Assembly: GCA_002269645.1 (NCBI GenBank)
Contig: NIVC01001867.1
Coordinates: 124,001 to 188,000, forward strand
Direction: 5' to 3'
Origin: Macrostomum lignano
Lineage: Eukaryota
DNA length: 64,000 nucleotides
Shown: piece after piece, positions 35,242-46,839 of the stretch
How positions within the stretch are numbered: position 1 is the stretch's first letter
Layout of the letters: each line of letters starts with the position of its first letter
Program-made: the position numbers and the translations under genes
Notes under the pieces: generated by a model
What the model saw: only the letters and a program-made list of their open reading frames with translations
Database searches by the model: none
What the model was told of the DNA's origin: nothing

Positions 35242-38200
35242 TCAGGTCAGGATGTCGGACAGAGACTGGAACTTTGGTCCCCAGGCGTCCAGCGTCGGTC
35301 TCAAGTCGATGGAGCTGTCCGTGTCGGCCGACACCAGGCTCACCTGATCCAGGTCGGCCGCGTCGTCGTCCCGCGTGTCCTCGTAGCCGTAGTTCAGCGT
35401 CTCGTCACCAGCGGCTGCGTCCGGGGGCTCCTGGTTGACGCTGTCTGGCGCCACAGGCTGGGTGGGCGGCACGCCAATCGGACGCTCCGGGTCGGCTGGA
35501 GCGCGGGCTGCAGCTTTTGGGGGTGTTTGTTGGTTGGTTGGTTGATTGGTTGGTTGGTTGGTTGGTTGGATGGTTGGTTGGTTGGATGGTTGGTTGGTTG
35601 GTTGGTTGGTTGGTTGATTGGTTGGTTGGTTGGTTGGTTGGTTGATTGGTTGGTTGGTTGGTTGTTTGGTTGGTTGGTTGGTTGGTTGGTTGGTTGGTTG
35701 GTTGATTGGTTGGTTGGTTGGTTGGATGGTTGGTTGGTTGGATGGTTGGTTGGTTGGTTGGTTGGTTGGTTGATTGGTTGGTTGGTTGGTTGGTTGGTTG
35801 GTTGGTTGGTTGATTGGTTGGTTGGTTGGTTGTTTGGTTGGTTGGTTGGTTGGTTGGTTGGTTGGTTGGTTGGTTGGTTGGTTGGTTGGTTGGTTGGTTG
35901 GTTGGTTAAATGGTTGGTTGTTTGGTTGGTTGGTTGGTTGGTTGGTTCGTTCGTTCGTTCGTTTGTTGGTTGGTTGTTTGGTTGGTTGGTTGGTTGATTG
36001 GTTGATTGGTTGGTTGGTTGGTTGGTTGGTTGGTTGGTTGGTTGGTTGGTTGGTTGGTTGGTTGGTTGGTTGGTTGGTTAAATGGTTGGTTGGTTGGTTG
36101 GTTGGTTAAATGGTTGGTTGGTTGGTTGGTTAAATGGTTGGTTGTTTGGTTGGTTGGTTGGTTGGTTGGTTGGTTGGTTCGTTCGTTCGTTCGTTCGTTT
36201 GTTGGTTGGTTGTTTGGTTGGTTGGTTGGTTGATTGGTTGATTGGTTGGTTGGTTGGTTGGTTGGTTGGTTGGTTGGTTGGTTGGTTGGTTGGTTGGTTG
36301 GTTGGTTGGTTGGTTGGTTGGTTGGTTGGTTGGTTGGTTAAATGGTTGGTTGTTTGGTTGGTTGGTTGGTTGGTTGGTTGGTTGGTTGGTTCGTTCGTTC
36401 GTTTGTTGGTTGGTTGTTTGGTTGGTTGGTTGGTTGATTGGTTGATTGGTTGGTTGGTTGGTTGGTTGGTTGGTTTTTTTTGGTTGGATAGTCTTTTGTC
36501 ATTTTGCTTCCTGTCAGTGCGGCTTCCCAGTGCTGAAGCTCTTAGTTGAAGAATGGAACCAGTTTCATCTGGCAATAAAGCATGTTGGAAACTTACAAGG
36601 CGCCGATGAATGAACCGGTTGAAAGTTCGGCAGGCCTCCGTTGCTGTCCTTCTGAGCGGGTGGAAATTGCAGACTCAGCGGTCCTTTGTAGTCCTCGGGA
36701 GCTGAAGTAAAGTGAGTCTGATCAGTGACTCTTGGCGCTTAGAGTGAAACAGCAATGGTTGGTGGGTCAGAAGATTTACTCACGGACGCCGTCATTTCCG
36801 GTGTCATCTCCCATGTCCTGGTTTATCTGCTCGATGTCGCTCTTAGGAGCCTCGGACCCCCTTTGCTTTCGTGACCGCTTTACAAATGCAAGGAGAATCA
36901 ACAGGACGATGATGAAGAAAACCACGATGGCAATGATGAGCCACACCCACCACTGCACCGCGGCAGTGGAAGGTGCTGGTGTGTTTTCGCCGCCAACTCG
37001 GCACATGCGGCTGGTGACCCCCGGCGGGCAGATGCACTCGAATCCCAGGTTGACGCCCGTCGCCCGGCACGACCCGCCGCTCGGGCAGCTGATGTTGAAC
37101 TTGCTGCACGGGTTCACGGCAACGCAGCTCTTGCCCGCGTCTCTCTCCTGTCCTGCTGGACACTCGCAGGTCATCTTGCCCCAGAGTCTCCGACAGACTT
37201 CCATTGATGGACAGTCGCAGGGAGGCGTCAGGTCCACACCGTCGGGACCGACTCTGGCATCGCTGGCCAGCACTGGCGTGATGAAGCCACTTGTCGCCTC
37301 ATTGATAGACCGATCTGCAGCATCCGTAGTTGTAGACATGTACGTGCCGGAGACGCGGATGTTCCGCAGCCAGCCTGAGCGAATTCAGTGGAGAGGTGCT
37401 AATTGGTTCAATCAAGGTAGGAAACTGACACACTGGCACAGACATTGACTTACTGCTGGCGATCTGGGCCGTCAAGTCCAAATTCGAGAGGTCGGCCACG
37501 GTTCGGCCCAGGTCGTGCAGCCTGTCGACCCCGTCAACTCTCAGCTTGAGCACGGCTTGCCTGGTGGCGGCAAACACGGAGTGCCACTCGCCATCGTCGA
37601 CTCTGATTGGCGGAAACGCGAAGCAGCTGGACGAGTCGATGCAGAGCTGCAGCAAGCCGTCCGAAATCTGGAGTCAGGGGAGGAAAATATTTGTATAAAT
37701 TGAAGTTATGAGCTTCTTGGCTTCAGTTTAAAAAATTTCAGCTCACATCCAAGCTCTGACTCAGAACGGTTGAACGTGCCGAATTCTTGATAACAGCATG
37801 CAGGACGCCAGTCGATGCACTGACTCGAGTTCGCAGCTCCAACTCGATGGATACGGAATTTTTATCGCTTAATGGTAGCGAATTGTTCGGGTTCTCGAAC
37901 CAGATGCTCGTATTGTTTGATGCGGTGCTGATTATCAGCGGATCTGCAGTCGAAACGTTTTCTAAATTCAGGCTTTCTAAGAAAACCTTTCGTCTAATGT
38001 AGGAAATGTCTCACCTTTGGTGCACGCATTCCAGGTTTCGTTTCTCTTGCATAATTCGCTGCCAATAATTGTCTCTACCATTTTTCTCTTCGACCCAAGG
38101 CATTCGCAGTTGCAGTCCATCGGAGCTGAGGGATCGTTCTTGATGACCCCGTAGCACACCGACTGCGCTCCACAGACGTACGGGCGGCTGGACCGCGCAC

Positions 38201-39993
38201 CAGCCGAACCCGTGCATGTTTCGTTCTGTAGCCCACAGAAAGCTCCTATCGTGGCGCCTCCACCTTGCGTGACTTCCCTGCCAGCCGCCATGTCTATCAG
38301 GTAGCCGTTCACCCGAACTGACTGCACGCAGCCAGAGAGCGCTCTTCCGATATCGAGCCATAAATTAGGAAAGTCGCTAACTGGACTGCCTGCACTGATG
38401 TTTTGAGAAGAGCATTCAAGTGGTTGCACACTGGCTGAAGTTGGCAGCTTTTTAGGGCAGACCACCATCCTGCTCTGAAAACGATTGGGTACCTATTCAG
38501 CTTCTGTCAAATATGAATATATCCCAGTACATATTGTCCAATCAGAACGTCTCTTACCAGTTCAGATTTCACTGATACATGGACAGCGAACCAGCTGCCG
38601 CTGTTTTGCTGAGGTAGGTCAACGCTAATAGAATCTCCTCCCAGTAAACTTCCAGCCACTCTGAGCTCTGTCTTCCTGTAGACAAACGTTGCGCTGAGCA
38701 ATGAGTTATGGGGGTCGGCCGAGCTCTTCAAGACTACGGCGTCCTGGTTTTCTTGCTGGATAGTTCCGGAAAGTTCAAATGAGATTTCCAGAGACTGAAC
38801 CGAGTGCGGCAGGCTGCCAATCCAGTGGCGAGTGAAGGCCAGACCGGATGACCCGTGGCTGTAGCTTCTGACCGGGTACTCGCATCGAGGACCCCACGGG
38901 ATGTTCGCGACAGACGGGCAGATGCACCTGCAGAGGGTGAAAAGTTTTTGTAGGTCTGTTGATGACATCGCTGCTTTTAAATGATGTCATACTTTGCTTT
39001 GCCGTAGCTCAGATGGCCGAAATGGCACAGATGGCACACAACTTGCCTGGATCCGACACCAGTAAAGTTGGCATCGCATACTCCGTCGTTCAGGCAAGTG
39101 GCCGGCCCGCACGGCTCTGCGCTCATCTGCTCGGCTGTCTGAGCCGTCCAGCTCAGCCCGAATCCCACGAAGTTCGAGTCGCTGTTGAGCTGCACCACAG
39201 CCGGATGCACCGATGGAAGCGAGCTGCTCGAAAAGCGCAGGCGACTGCGGCACAGCTGAGCGGACTCAGCGGGACACCGATCCGGCATCACCTGGACTCC
39301 GCTACTCGCTTCAGTTTCGTTCTTCACCAGCTCGTACGCCTCCCAGAGGGCCAAGTAGGAGCTGGTGCTGGCCTTCGGTATGAGCAGGGACACCTCTGAG
39401 GTGTCGGCGGCCGGCTGCAGCTGAGAGACGAGGCGAGCCGACAGCCGACTCTTGAGTCTGGCCACCAGACTGTTGATGTCGTTCGTTCGACCTGCGGGAA
39501 TTGAGCGGGCAGTTCTTGTGTGTAGGGAAATCAACAGGTCATGCCAAGCTCCGACAATACTCACCTGAAATGAATATTGCATTGTCGAGCACGCTCAGGG
39601 GCAGCCGGGAGACTGTGACACTGAGCTGGTGAATGGCGGTGCCGATGGTCACCTGGACTAGGTGTGTGCCACCTGGCAGGTCGGCCTTGAACACAATCCT
39701 GTTTGGCACAGAGCTCTTATCAACATCGAACTTGTCTGGCACCAGCCCGCTGCTCACGCTGTCGATGAGTTCTGAGCCGCTGATTGTCATGTAGGCGAAG
39801 CTGTACTTTGTGAAGTCCGCATCTGAGAAATGATTTAAACAGTTTGATCAGCAATCCATAGCCATGGCGTCTGTCCCATGTCCCGCAAGTGCAACTCACC
39901 GTCCGGCAGCCGGACTTCAACGCTGGCCGAGTCGCAGAGGCCGCCAGTGGCCAAAGCCAGCAGAATGAGGGCTGCAGAGCTGCACCGAAGCAT
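35242..39993 (-). CDS. Non-chordate classical cadherin-like protein: signal peptide, one degenerate cadherin-like segment, NC domain, EGF/LamG modules, TM, catenin-binding tail
   Basis: Tail LNYGYE...[15 protein letters not shown]; [26 protein letters not shown] then DGVR; EGF ([29 protein letters not shown]); LamG ([20 protein letters not shown]); exons 39993-39900, 39822-39565 with GT-AG in phase. Confidence 0.85.
35527..36474 (+). repeat. (GGTT)n microsatellite with higher-order variants, in a cadherin intron
   Basis: Direct reading. Confidence 0.97.
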
Positions 39994-40562
39994 GACCGAC
40001 CAGCACTGGCTCGGGCTGAAACTGAGGCGAGTCTCTGGCGCTGCGCTCGTGGCTGCTTTGTGTTTGTTTTGGTGCGCGGCCTCCACCAGTGCGGACTGGC
40101 TGGGGTCAGTGGGGGAGTCGGAGGTGGCGGCGGGCACTTTAATCAGCAGGGGGAGAGAAGGGGGCGCATGGAGGCCGGGCCCAGTCCTAATGCCGAGCTC
40201 TGTTGCTGATAAGCGCCGGCCTATGGCGGGTGAGTCAGGCCTTCCCGGGCCCCGCCCCGCCAGATCGAGCAGCCCGGCAGGCGCAGGACAGGTGCGCATA
40301 AAAAGGAATCATTTTTTTCCTACTTTATTTCGCCTACTCGCTGCATAATTGCGGCCCAGCCACCCCCGCCGCCGCAGTGCAGGCCCAGCGAGTTGTGGGC
40401 CGCAGCTTGGGGGGGGGGAGTCAGAAATATTCGAATTGCACACGCAGCTCGAGAGCATTTCTTGGAGCTGCAGGGCGAGACAGAGCAGTCACTGATAAAG
40501 TCACCGGGCAGAGCTGAGCCAAGGAGATAAGGCTGCACAGGGCGCGGCTTCGCACTGCCGCA

Positions 40563-40915
40563 AGTAGTAGGTAAAACGACGCTTCTAGACCCAGAGCACT
40601 TTTTTAATGACCGTTTTAAGGGTCTAGAGGGGGGACACGGGGGGTAAATAAAAAAACACATCTAATCACCATTAACACAAAAAGACATCTAAAAACCCCC
40701 TAACAATAAAAATCATTCCCAACACTTCCAAACACTCCCCAACACTCCCCTCGTGTCCCCCCTCTGGAACCTTATAAACGGCCATTAAAAAAGGTCTGAT
40801 CTGTAAGCGTCGTTTTACCTACTACTACACAACCCAACACTCCCCAACACTTCTAACACTTCCAAATCTCTATAACCCCTCGCACGCGCCGCAGGCGCGA
40901 AGGGTCTTTTTCTGT
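40563..40915 (+). repeat. Polinton-B left TIR
   Basis: Reverse complement of 57930-58282. Confidence 0.95.
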
Positions 40916-41101
40916 AGTATGAAACTTCATACTAGCCCATTCATGAAGAGGAGGCATAATACCATATATGGTAGCGAGAGTTTCATTCATAAGTTATAAA
41001 TCGTCTCTTTTTCTTATACCACCCACTGTTCTATTATTCTACCCCAACCTATTGTGCTTCCACTTCGTCTCTTTTTTCTGTTACTAAAAATAGAACAAAA
41101 A

Positions 41102-41500
41102 ATGACACACGTTACTCATATGCAAAATCTGAACGAATTGCAGGTAGGAGACCCAGTTGAATACCGAGGTGAGGGGCTTTTTGATGTGGTTGGAACAGCA
41201 GCAAATTTTGTTAAAGACAATATGGGTCTTATAGGGCAAGCAGGCTCCGCAGCAGGCTCTATAACAAATGCTGTAAAAGGAGGAATTGAAGCAGCTAGAG
41301 CGGCAGAAGAACTAAAGAAATTGAGAGATTTTAACGACACCCTCTCACAAATAAATGCAATAAAAGATTTAAAGCTGGCACAAGCCGCACAACCAACAGA
41401 AACCCCCACGAAAACCACGCCAATAAGTAATAAAGATATTCAGGATTTTAATAAAATGTTAACCACAATTAAAGGCGGAAAAGGATTAAAGAAATTTTAA
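41102..41500 (+). CDS. Virion precursor with amphipathic segment
   Basis: Homolog of 32274-32684; AAAAATG start. Confidence 0.7.
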   Translation: MTHVTHMQNLNELQVGDPVEYRGEGLFDVVGTAANFVKDNMGLIGQAGSAAGSITNAVKGGIEAARAAEELKKLRDFNDTLSQINAIKDLKLAQAAQPTETPTKTTPISNKDIQDFNKMLTTIKGGKGLKKF

Positions 41501-41510
41501 CAATATAAAA

Positions 41511-42485
41511 ATGGACACAGATAACGACCGCTTATATTTTATAGGAGAAATTGTAGATACTTTAGATCTAGATGATAATAAACATAGCCACGCAATGTTA
41601 AAAAAATTGGATCGTTTAGGTAAAAAACTTGACTATGATATCGATACATTTAAACTTGCTGCCAAATATGCACAAGAAGGAAGGCCAATATCCTTTAAGA
41701 ATCGCGGTAGAAATTATAGGCTGACAGACTCCGATGTAAAATTTTTATTGGAGACTCATACTAAAAAAGACGGCGGATTGTTACCTATTTTACCAATTCT
41801 TTTAGGCCTCGGAGCAGCTGGAGCAGCCGGTTTAGCAGGTAAAAGAATTCATGATAACCGAAAACAGTTAGCAGAATTAAAAGCAAAACAGGGAGGCATA
41901 CTTCCACTTGCAACATTGTTACCAATAATTTTTGCAGGAATAGGAGCAGCTGGTGGAATAGCAGGTGGCGCAGCTGGAATCACAAAAGCAGTAAATGATA
42001 AAAAAGCTGCGGATGAAAAAGCTAAACGAGATGCTGAATTTCAAAGACAGCAAATAACACAGGACGCACAATTCAAACAGAAACTCATTGACACCATTAA
42101 TAGTAGTTCAGCAACAGCAGAGCAAAAAAGAAATGCAGAAGCTAGGTTAGCAGCCGGAAAAGGTTTACTGTTAAATGGCAGCGGTTTGGTACTAAAAGGA
42201 ACAACCCAAGGAAGTGGAGTTGTAGCAGATAAACTACAGGAATTTGGTCAAACTTTAGAAAAAACGGGTGAGAAAGCTAAAGGATTTTTTGACAATATTG
42301 GAGCTAATTTTAGGCCAGCAGTTCAGAAGATTTTTACTAAGTTAGGAAAAGATTTTAACATAATTGAAAAACACGACGGAAGCGGATTATATCTCGAAAT
42401 GAGACCAAAAGCAGGTTCAGGAATTTTCTTAAATTCAAATGTTATGGGCAATGGATTGCTATTACCAAAAGCAGATCTCGAATAG
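41511..42485 (+). CDS. Core/virion precursor with pX-like motifs (324 aa)
   Basis: DGGLLPILPILLG and QGGILPLATLLPIIFAGIG; repeated GxG-hydrophobic motifs. Confidence 0.65.
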   Translation: MDTDNDRLYFIGEIVDTLDLDDNKHSHAMLKKLDRLGKKLDYDIDTFKLAAKYAQEGRPISFKNRGRNYRLTDSDVKFLLETHTKKDGGLLPILPILLGLGAAGAAGLAGKRIHDNRKQLAELKAKQGGILPLATLLPIIFAGIGAAGGIAGGAAGITKAVNDKKAADEKAKRDAEFQRQQITQDAQFKQKLIDTINSSSATAEQKRNAEARLAAGKGLLLNGSGLVLKGTTQGSGVVADKLQEFGQTLEKTGEKAKGFFDNIGANFRPAVQKIFTKLGKDFNIIEKHDGSGLYLEMRPKAGSGIFLNSNVMGNGLLLPKADLE

Positions 42486-42569
42486 GCTCCTGGGGGGTGG
42501 GTCAGGACGCTAAAAACATAAAATTAAAAAACCAATAATTCAAATACTATATAAATTATATTCTATAAA

Positions 42570-45500
42570 ATGGAAGCAATTTTAGCTCAAATCGATAATC
42601 CCGAAATTAGAGCACAATTAATAGCTCAATTGGAATTAGAAAGAGCTAATATAGAAGCTAGAGTTAGGGCAGAAAATGAGATACGTTTAGAAAGACAATT
42701 AAATGATATTGATATCCCCCAATCACAAGGACAAAATGGAGCTGAAGTAATAGATATAGATATAGATATAAATACAAATTATAAAGAATATTTTAAACAA
42801 ATGAAAGATAAATTAAAGACCATATTAAACAATTATACTATAAGGCCAAATAACAAACGACAGCCAATTAAGTATAAAATAGAAGTTGAAACAGAATTTA
42901 AAAAACCAAATATTCTTAATGCAAATTCAGAAATTGAAGTAATAAATAACTTTTCACAAGAATCATATAAAACACTACTATCAATGGGAAATTACAATAA
43001 TCAATTTAATCAAATAGAAGCTGAGTTTGATGAATGGATAGATAAGATGACAGAAAACGGATCCGGGTTTATATTTGTATCCTGTAATTCAGCAATAGTA
43101 AAGATTGCACCCATAGAAATTCTTAAAGGACGATCACACATGAATCTTTACTTTAAATCACCAATGATCATAAATCCAGACAATAGAGATAATAAATGTT
43201 TATTATGGTGTTTATTAATTCATAAATATCACAATCAAGTAGAATCACATGTTAATAAAATATATAATTATAGACAATATGAGAATGAAATAATAATGAA
43301 AAACATATCATACCCAGTAGCAATAGATGATATATATAAGATTGAAAAAATGAATGGTTTAAATATTAATGTTTTTACAATTGAAGAACCAGAAGATCTA
43401 GAAGAAATTTCAACCGATCCAGAATGGTATAAGAAAAACTGTTATTTAGTAAAACCAGCAACTGATATAACTGCACCAGATCAAATCGATCTTTTGTACA
43501 TGCAGCGCGAAAATGAAACACATTATATATACATAAAAGATATTAGTTCTTTTTTAAGAGAAAATAGAAATAGATATCCACTATGTAGAAATTGTTTCAC
43601 ATTTAAAAAGGATGAAACAGCTCTTAAAAATCATCAACGATTTTGTTTAGATCACAAATTTACTAATGCTGTGATGCCAAATTCTGAAGATGCAACCTTA
43701 AAGTTCCAACAACATTATACAGCAATTAAAAAACCAATAGTAATATATGCTGATTTTGAAGCAACAAATGTTCCCTTAAAAGAATCACAGACAGTATCTG
43801 ATGGTGAATGCACAAAAAAATTAGCACAACAGTTTCCTAATAGTTATTGTATATATGTACACTCCGTAGCTGATCATATATTTAAATCAAGGATGATTAC
43901 TTACCACGGTAAGGATGCAGCAAAACACATGGCAGAATCATTAGTAAATGTATTTGAATATATTCAAATTCAATATGATAAATTATCAAAAAATATTATT
44001 ATGACAGATAAGGATAGAGACAATTATAAAAATGCAACAAATTGTTTTATGTGCAAAAGGTATTTAAGTAAGAAAAATAAGATACGAGAACATTGTCATC
44101 TAACGGGAATTTATCGAGGGGCAGCATGTAGATCATGTAATGCAAAAGAAGGAAAAGGATGTAAGGAAATACCAGTATTTTTTCATAATGGTTCCGGATA
44201 TGATTTTCATTTCTTAGTTCGAGAATTGCTTCATTTAGGAAAGGATGAATATGAAATAAATATATTACCTAAAACATCAGAAAATTACATATCAATAACA
44301 TATGGTAAGAAATACTCCCATCTAGTTTTTCTAGACTCCTTGAGATTCTTATCAACCTCCCTAGCGAATGTTGTTTCATCATTAGTTCCAAAACCATGGG
44401 ATTTAGAAATAGTAAAGAAAAACTTTCCAATACTATTGAATCGTTTCAAAAAAGAAAAACTATCCGAGGATGAACTAATGCTATTAACTCGCAAGGGCAT
44501 CTACCCATATGAATATGTAACATCTGAAAACGTATTTAGTGATACTCAACTACCCCCAATTGAAAAGTTTTATTCAACATTATCACAATCAAATATAAGT
44601 GAATCGGATTATGAACACGCTCAAAAAGTATGGAAATACTTTAATTGTAAAACATTTAAAGATTATCATGATCTATATCTTAAAGCAGATGTTCTCCTAT
44701 TAGCTGATGCATTTGAAAACTTTAGGAATCATACATATGAGAATTTTAAAATTGATCCCGCATATTGTTTCAGTGCACCGGGATTAACATGGGCTTGTGG
44801 TTTGAAACATACAGATGTTGAGATTGATTTACTAACTGATCATGATATGTTGTTAATGATTGAGAGAGGAATTCGCGGCGGATTCTCGGGTGTACTAGGA
44901 GATAGATATACTAAAGTAAATAATAAATATCTACCAAATTATAATAAAAAAGAAAAATCATCATATGTATTATATCTAGATGCAAACAATTTATACGGTG
45001 GTTGTATGAAACAAAAATTACCAATAGCTGATTTCCAATGGGAAGATGACCCCGATTATTACAAAAATATTCCCGAAGGAAGGGGTTGTATTGTAGAGGT
45101 GGATTTGCAATATACTCGGGAAGCAAAAGCAAAAACATATAAATATCCTTTAGCTCCAGAGCATTGTTCAGTTAATGAAAATGATTTATCACAAACACAA
45201 AAAGATTATCTTAAAGCAGATAATGCAAAACATCTAGCAACAAAAAAATTAATATTAAATTTACATGATAAGAAAAACTATGTAGTGCATTATAAGCTTC
45301 TACAATTTTATGAAAAGCAGGGATTAAAAGTGTCTAAAGTACATCGAACAATATCGTTTATTGAGGAAGATTGGTTAGCTAAATATATTGATTTTAATTC
45401 AAATCAGAGACAGATGTCAAAAACAAATTTTGAGAAAGATTATTGGAAATTAATGAATAATGCTTTTTATGGAAAAACGGTTGAAAATATTAGAGATAGA

Positions 45501-46478
45501 ACCCAATTCCATTTAGAAAAGGATATTGATAAAGCAAAGAAATATTTCTCAAAACCTAACTTTAAAGACTTTATAAAATTTGATGATAACTTTATGGGTA
45601 TTCATATGAGAAATAAAACAACAAAATTTCTTAAACCAATATTTATTGGAATGGTTGTTTTAGATTATGCAAAGCTAGTAATGTATGAATATTATTATGA
45701 TGTTATAAATAAAACATGGCCAGATAACTATCCAATATATGCAGACACTGACAGTTTGGTATTTAAGGTTGAAACACCGGATGTCTATAAAGATATGGAA
45801 AAAATTAAAGATACATTGGATACCTCCGACTATCCGGATAACCATCCCTTAAAATCAGATCAAAATAAAAAAGTTGTACTTAAAATGAAAGATGAATTAA
45901 ATAGCAAAATCATAACCGAGTTTATAGCAATAAGATCAAAATGCTATGCATTTAAAGTTTTAGGACAGGAGGGAGAGGTAAAAAAAATAAAAGGGGTATC
46001 AAGGGCAGCAGTTAAAAAGATAACATTTGATGATTATAAAAACGTACTTTTAGATTACCTTAATACAATTGAAAATTATCACGCTCCACAATATCGATTA
46101 AATTCAGAAAAGCATCAGATGTTTGTCATCGAGACAGATAAAAAAACATTAAGTCCATTTGATGATAAAAGGTATTTAGATGATAAAATTAAAACATTTC
46201 CATATGGTTTAAAAGAAGAGATAATAAACATGATAAAAGATAAAAAACAAAAAGAAGATATAATAAGCAAATATAAAGAATACAAAGAAGCAATAAATAA
46301 TTATTATTACGATTGTGATTGCGAATCCGAATGTGAATGTGAATATAATACATTTCTAGAATATAAAAAAGATATAGATAATTATTATGCAACATTTCCA
46401 AAAGAACTTAAAAAATTAAACAAGGAAAAAGTCTTGAATAACTGGAAGAGATTAACAGAAAAATTACTTATCGGATAA
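42570..46478 (+). CDS. polB: Protein-primed family B DNA polymerase (1302 aa, intact)
   Basis: Exo YADFEA, FHNGSGYD, YLKADV; Pol YLDANNLYG, KLMNNAFYGK, YADTDS; embedded EndoVII-like Zn finger CFMC...EHCHLTG.YRGAACRSCN. Confidence 0.97.
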   Translation: MEAILAQIDNPEIRAQLIAQLELERANIEARVRAENEIRLERQLNDIDIPQSQGQNGAEVIDIDIDINTNYKEYFKQMKDKLKTILNNYTIRPNNKRQPIKYKIEVETEFKKPNILNANSEIEVINNFSQESYKTLLSMGNYNNQFNQIEAEFDEWIDKMTENGSGFIFVSCNSAIVKIAPIEILKGRSHMNLYFKSPMIINPDNRDNKCLLWCLLIHKYHNQVESHVNKIYNYRQYENEIIMKNISYPVAIDDIYKIEKMNGLNINVFTIEEPEDLEEISTDPEWYKKNCYLVKPATDITAPDQIDLLYMQRENETHYIYIKDISSFLRENRNRYPLCRNCFTFKKDETALKNHQRFCLDHKFTNAVMPNSEDATLKFQQHYTAIKKPIVIYADFEATNVPLKESQTVSDGECTKKLAQQFPNSYCIYVHSVADHIFKSRMITYHGKDAAKHMAESLVNVFEYIQIQYDKLSKNIIMTDKDRDNYKNATNCFMCKRYLSKKNKIREHCHLTGIYRGAACRSCNAKEGKGCKEIPVFFHNGSGYDFHFLVRELLHLGKDEYEINILPKTSENYISITYGKKYSHLVFLDSLRFLSTSLANVVSSLVPKPWDLEIVKKNFPILLNRFKKEKLSEDELMLLTRKGIYPYEYVTSENVFSDTQLPPIEKFYSTLSQSNISESDYEHAQKVWKYFNCKTFKDYHDLYLKADVLLLADAFENFRNHTYENFKIDPAYCFSAPGLTWACGLKHTDVEIDLLTDHDMLLMIERGIRGGFSGVLGDRYTKVNNKYLPNYNKKEKSSYVLYLDANNLYGGCMKQKLPIADFQWEDDPDYYKNIPEGRGCIVEVDLQYTREAKAKTYKYPLAPEHCSVNENDLSQTQKDYLKADNAKHLATKKLILNLHDKKNYVVHYKLLQFYEKQGLKVSKVHRTISFIEEDWLAKYIDFNSNQRQMSKTNFEKDYWKLMNNAFYGKTVENIRDRTQFHLEKDIDKAKKYFSKPNFKDFIKFDDNFMGIHMRNKTTKFLKPIFIGMVVLDYAKLVMYEYYYDVINKTWPDNYPIYADTDSLVFKVETPDVYKDMEKIKDTLDTSDYPDNHPLKSDQNKKVVLKMKDELNSKIITEFIAIRSKCYAFKVLGQEGEVKKIKGVSRAAVKKITFDDYKNVLLDYLNTIENYHAPQYRLNSEKHQMFVIETDKKTLSPFDDKRYLDDKIKTFPYGLKEEIINMIKDKKQKEDIISKYKEYKEAINNYYYDCDCESECECEYNTFLEYKKDIDNYYATFPKELKKLNKEKVLNNWKRLTEKLLIG

Positions 46479-46823
46479 AATCCGCGACCCTTCGGGGCGG
46501 AAAAAAACTAAAGCATGTAATTGTTTAAGCATAATATCCATTTCCATTTCATATTTTATTGAGCACCAATTATCCTCACAGTCGGCAGGGTAACTTAAAC
46601 ATTCTTTTATTTTTTTCCTAAGTACTTTTATTCTTCTAACAAGACGATCAATTTCAATTTCAATTACTGTTTCTGCATAAGCAATTGCTTTTTGTATAAA
46701 ACGTTTTCTTTTATCTAATTTGTATCGGATGGGAAACATATCTTCATCATAATCACTATAAAATAAACTATTAATATAATTAAGTTCACGCTCTTTAGTG
46801 ATAAGGATTTTTATTGTCTCCAT
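46464..46823 (-). CDS. Polinton uncharacterised protein
   Basis: ORF track; homolog in A. Confidence 0.65.
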   Translation of the reverse strand: METIKILITKERELNYINSLFYSDYDEDMFPIRYKLDKRKRFIQKAIAYAETVIEIEIDRLVRRIKVLRKKIKECLSYPADCEDNWCSIKYEMEMDIMLKQLHALVFFRPEGSRILSDK

Positions 46824-46839
46824 TTTCTTATAAAAAAAT

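Noticed and set aside
35527-36575. Long WLVG/TNQP ORFs
   Set aside because: Translation artefacts of the (GGTT)n microsatellite.
34766-40562. Elements A and B as one giant composite element
   Set aside because: Each has its own matching TSD and its own TIR variant, so they are separate insertions.
40320-40661. 113-aa ORF crossing the Polinton-B left junction
   Set aside because: Chimera of TIR and flank; the reconstructed empty site gives no convincing protein.
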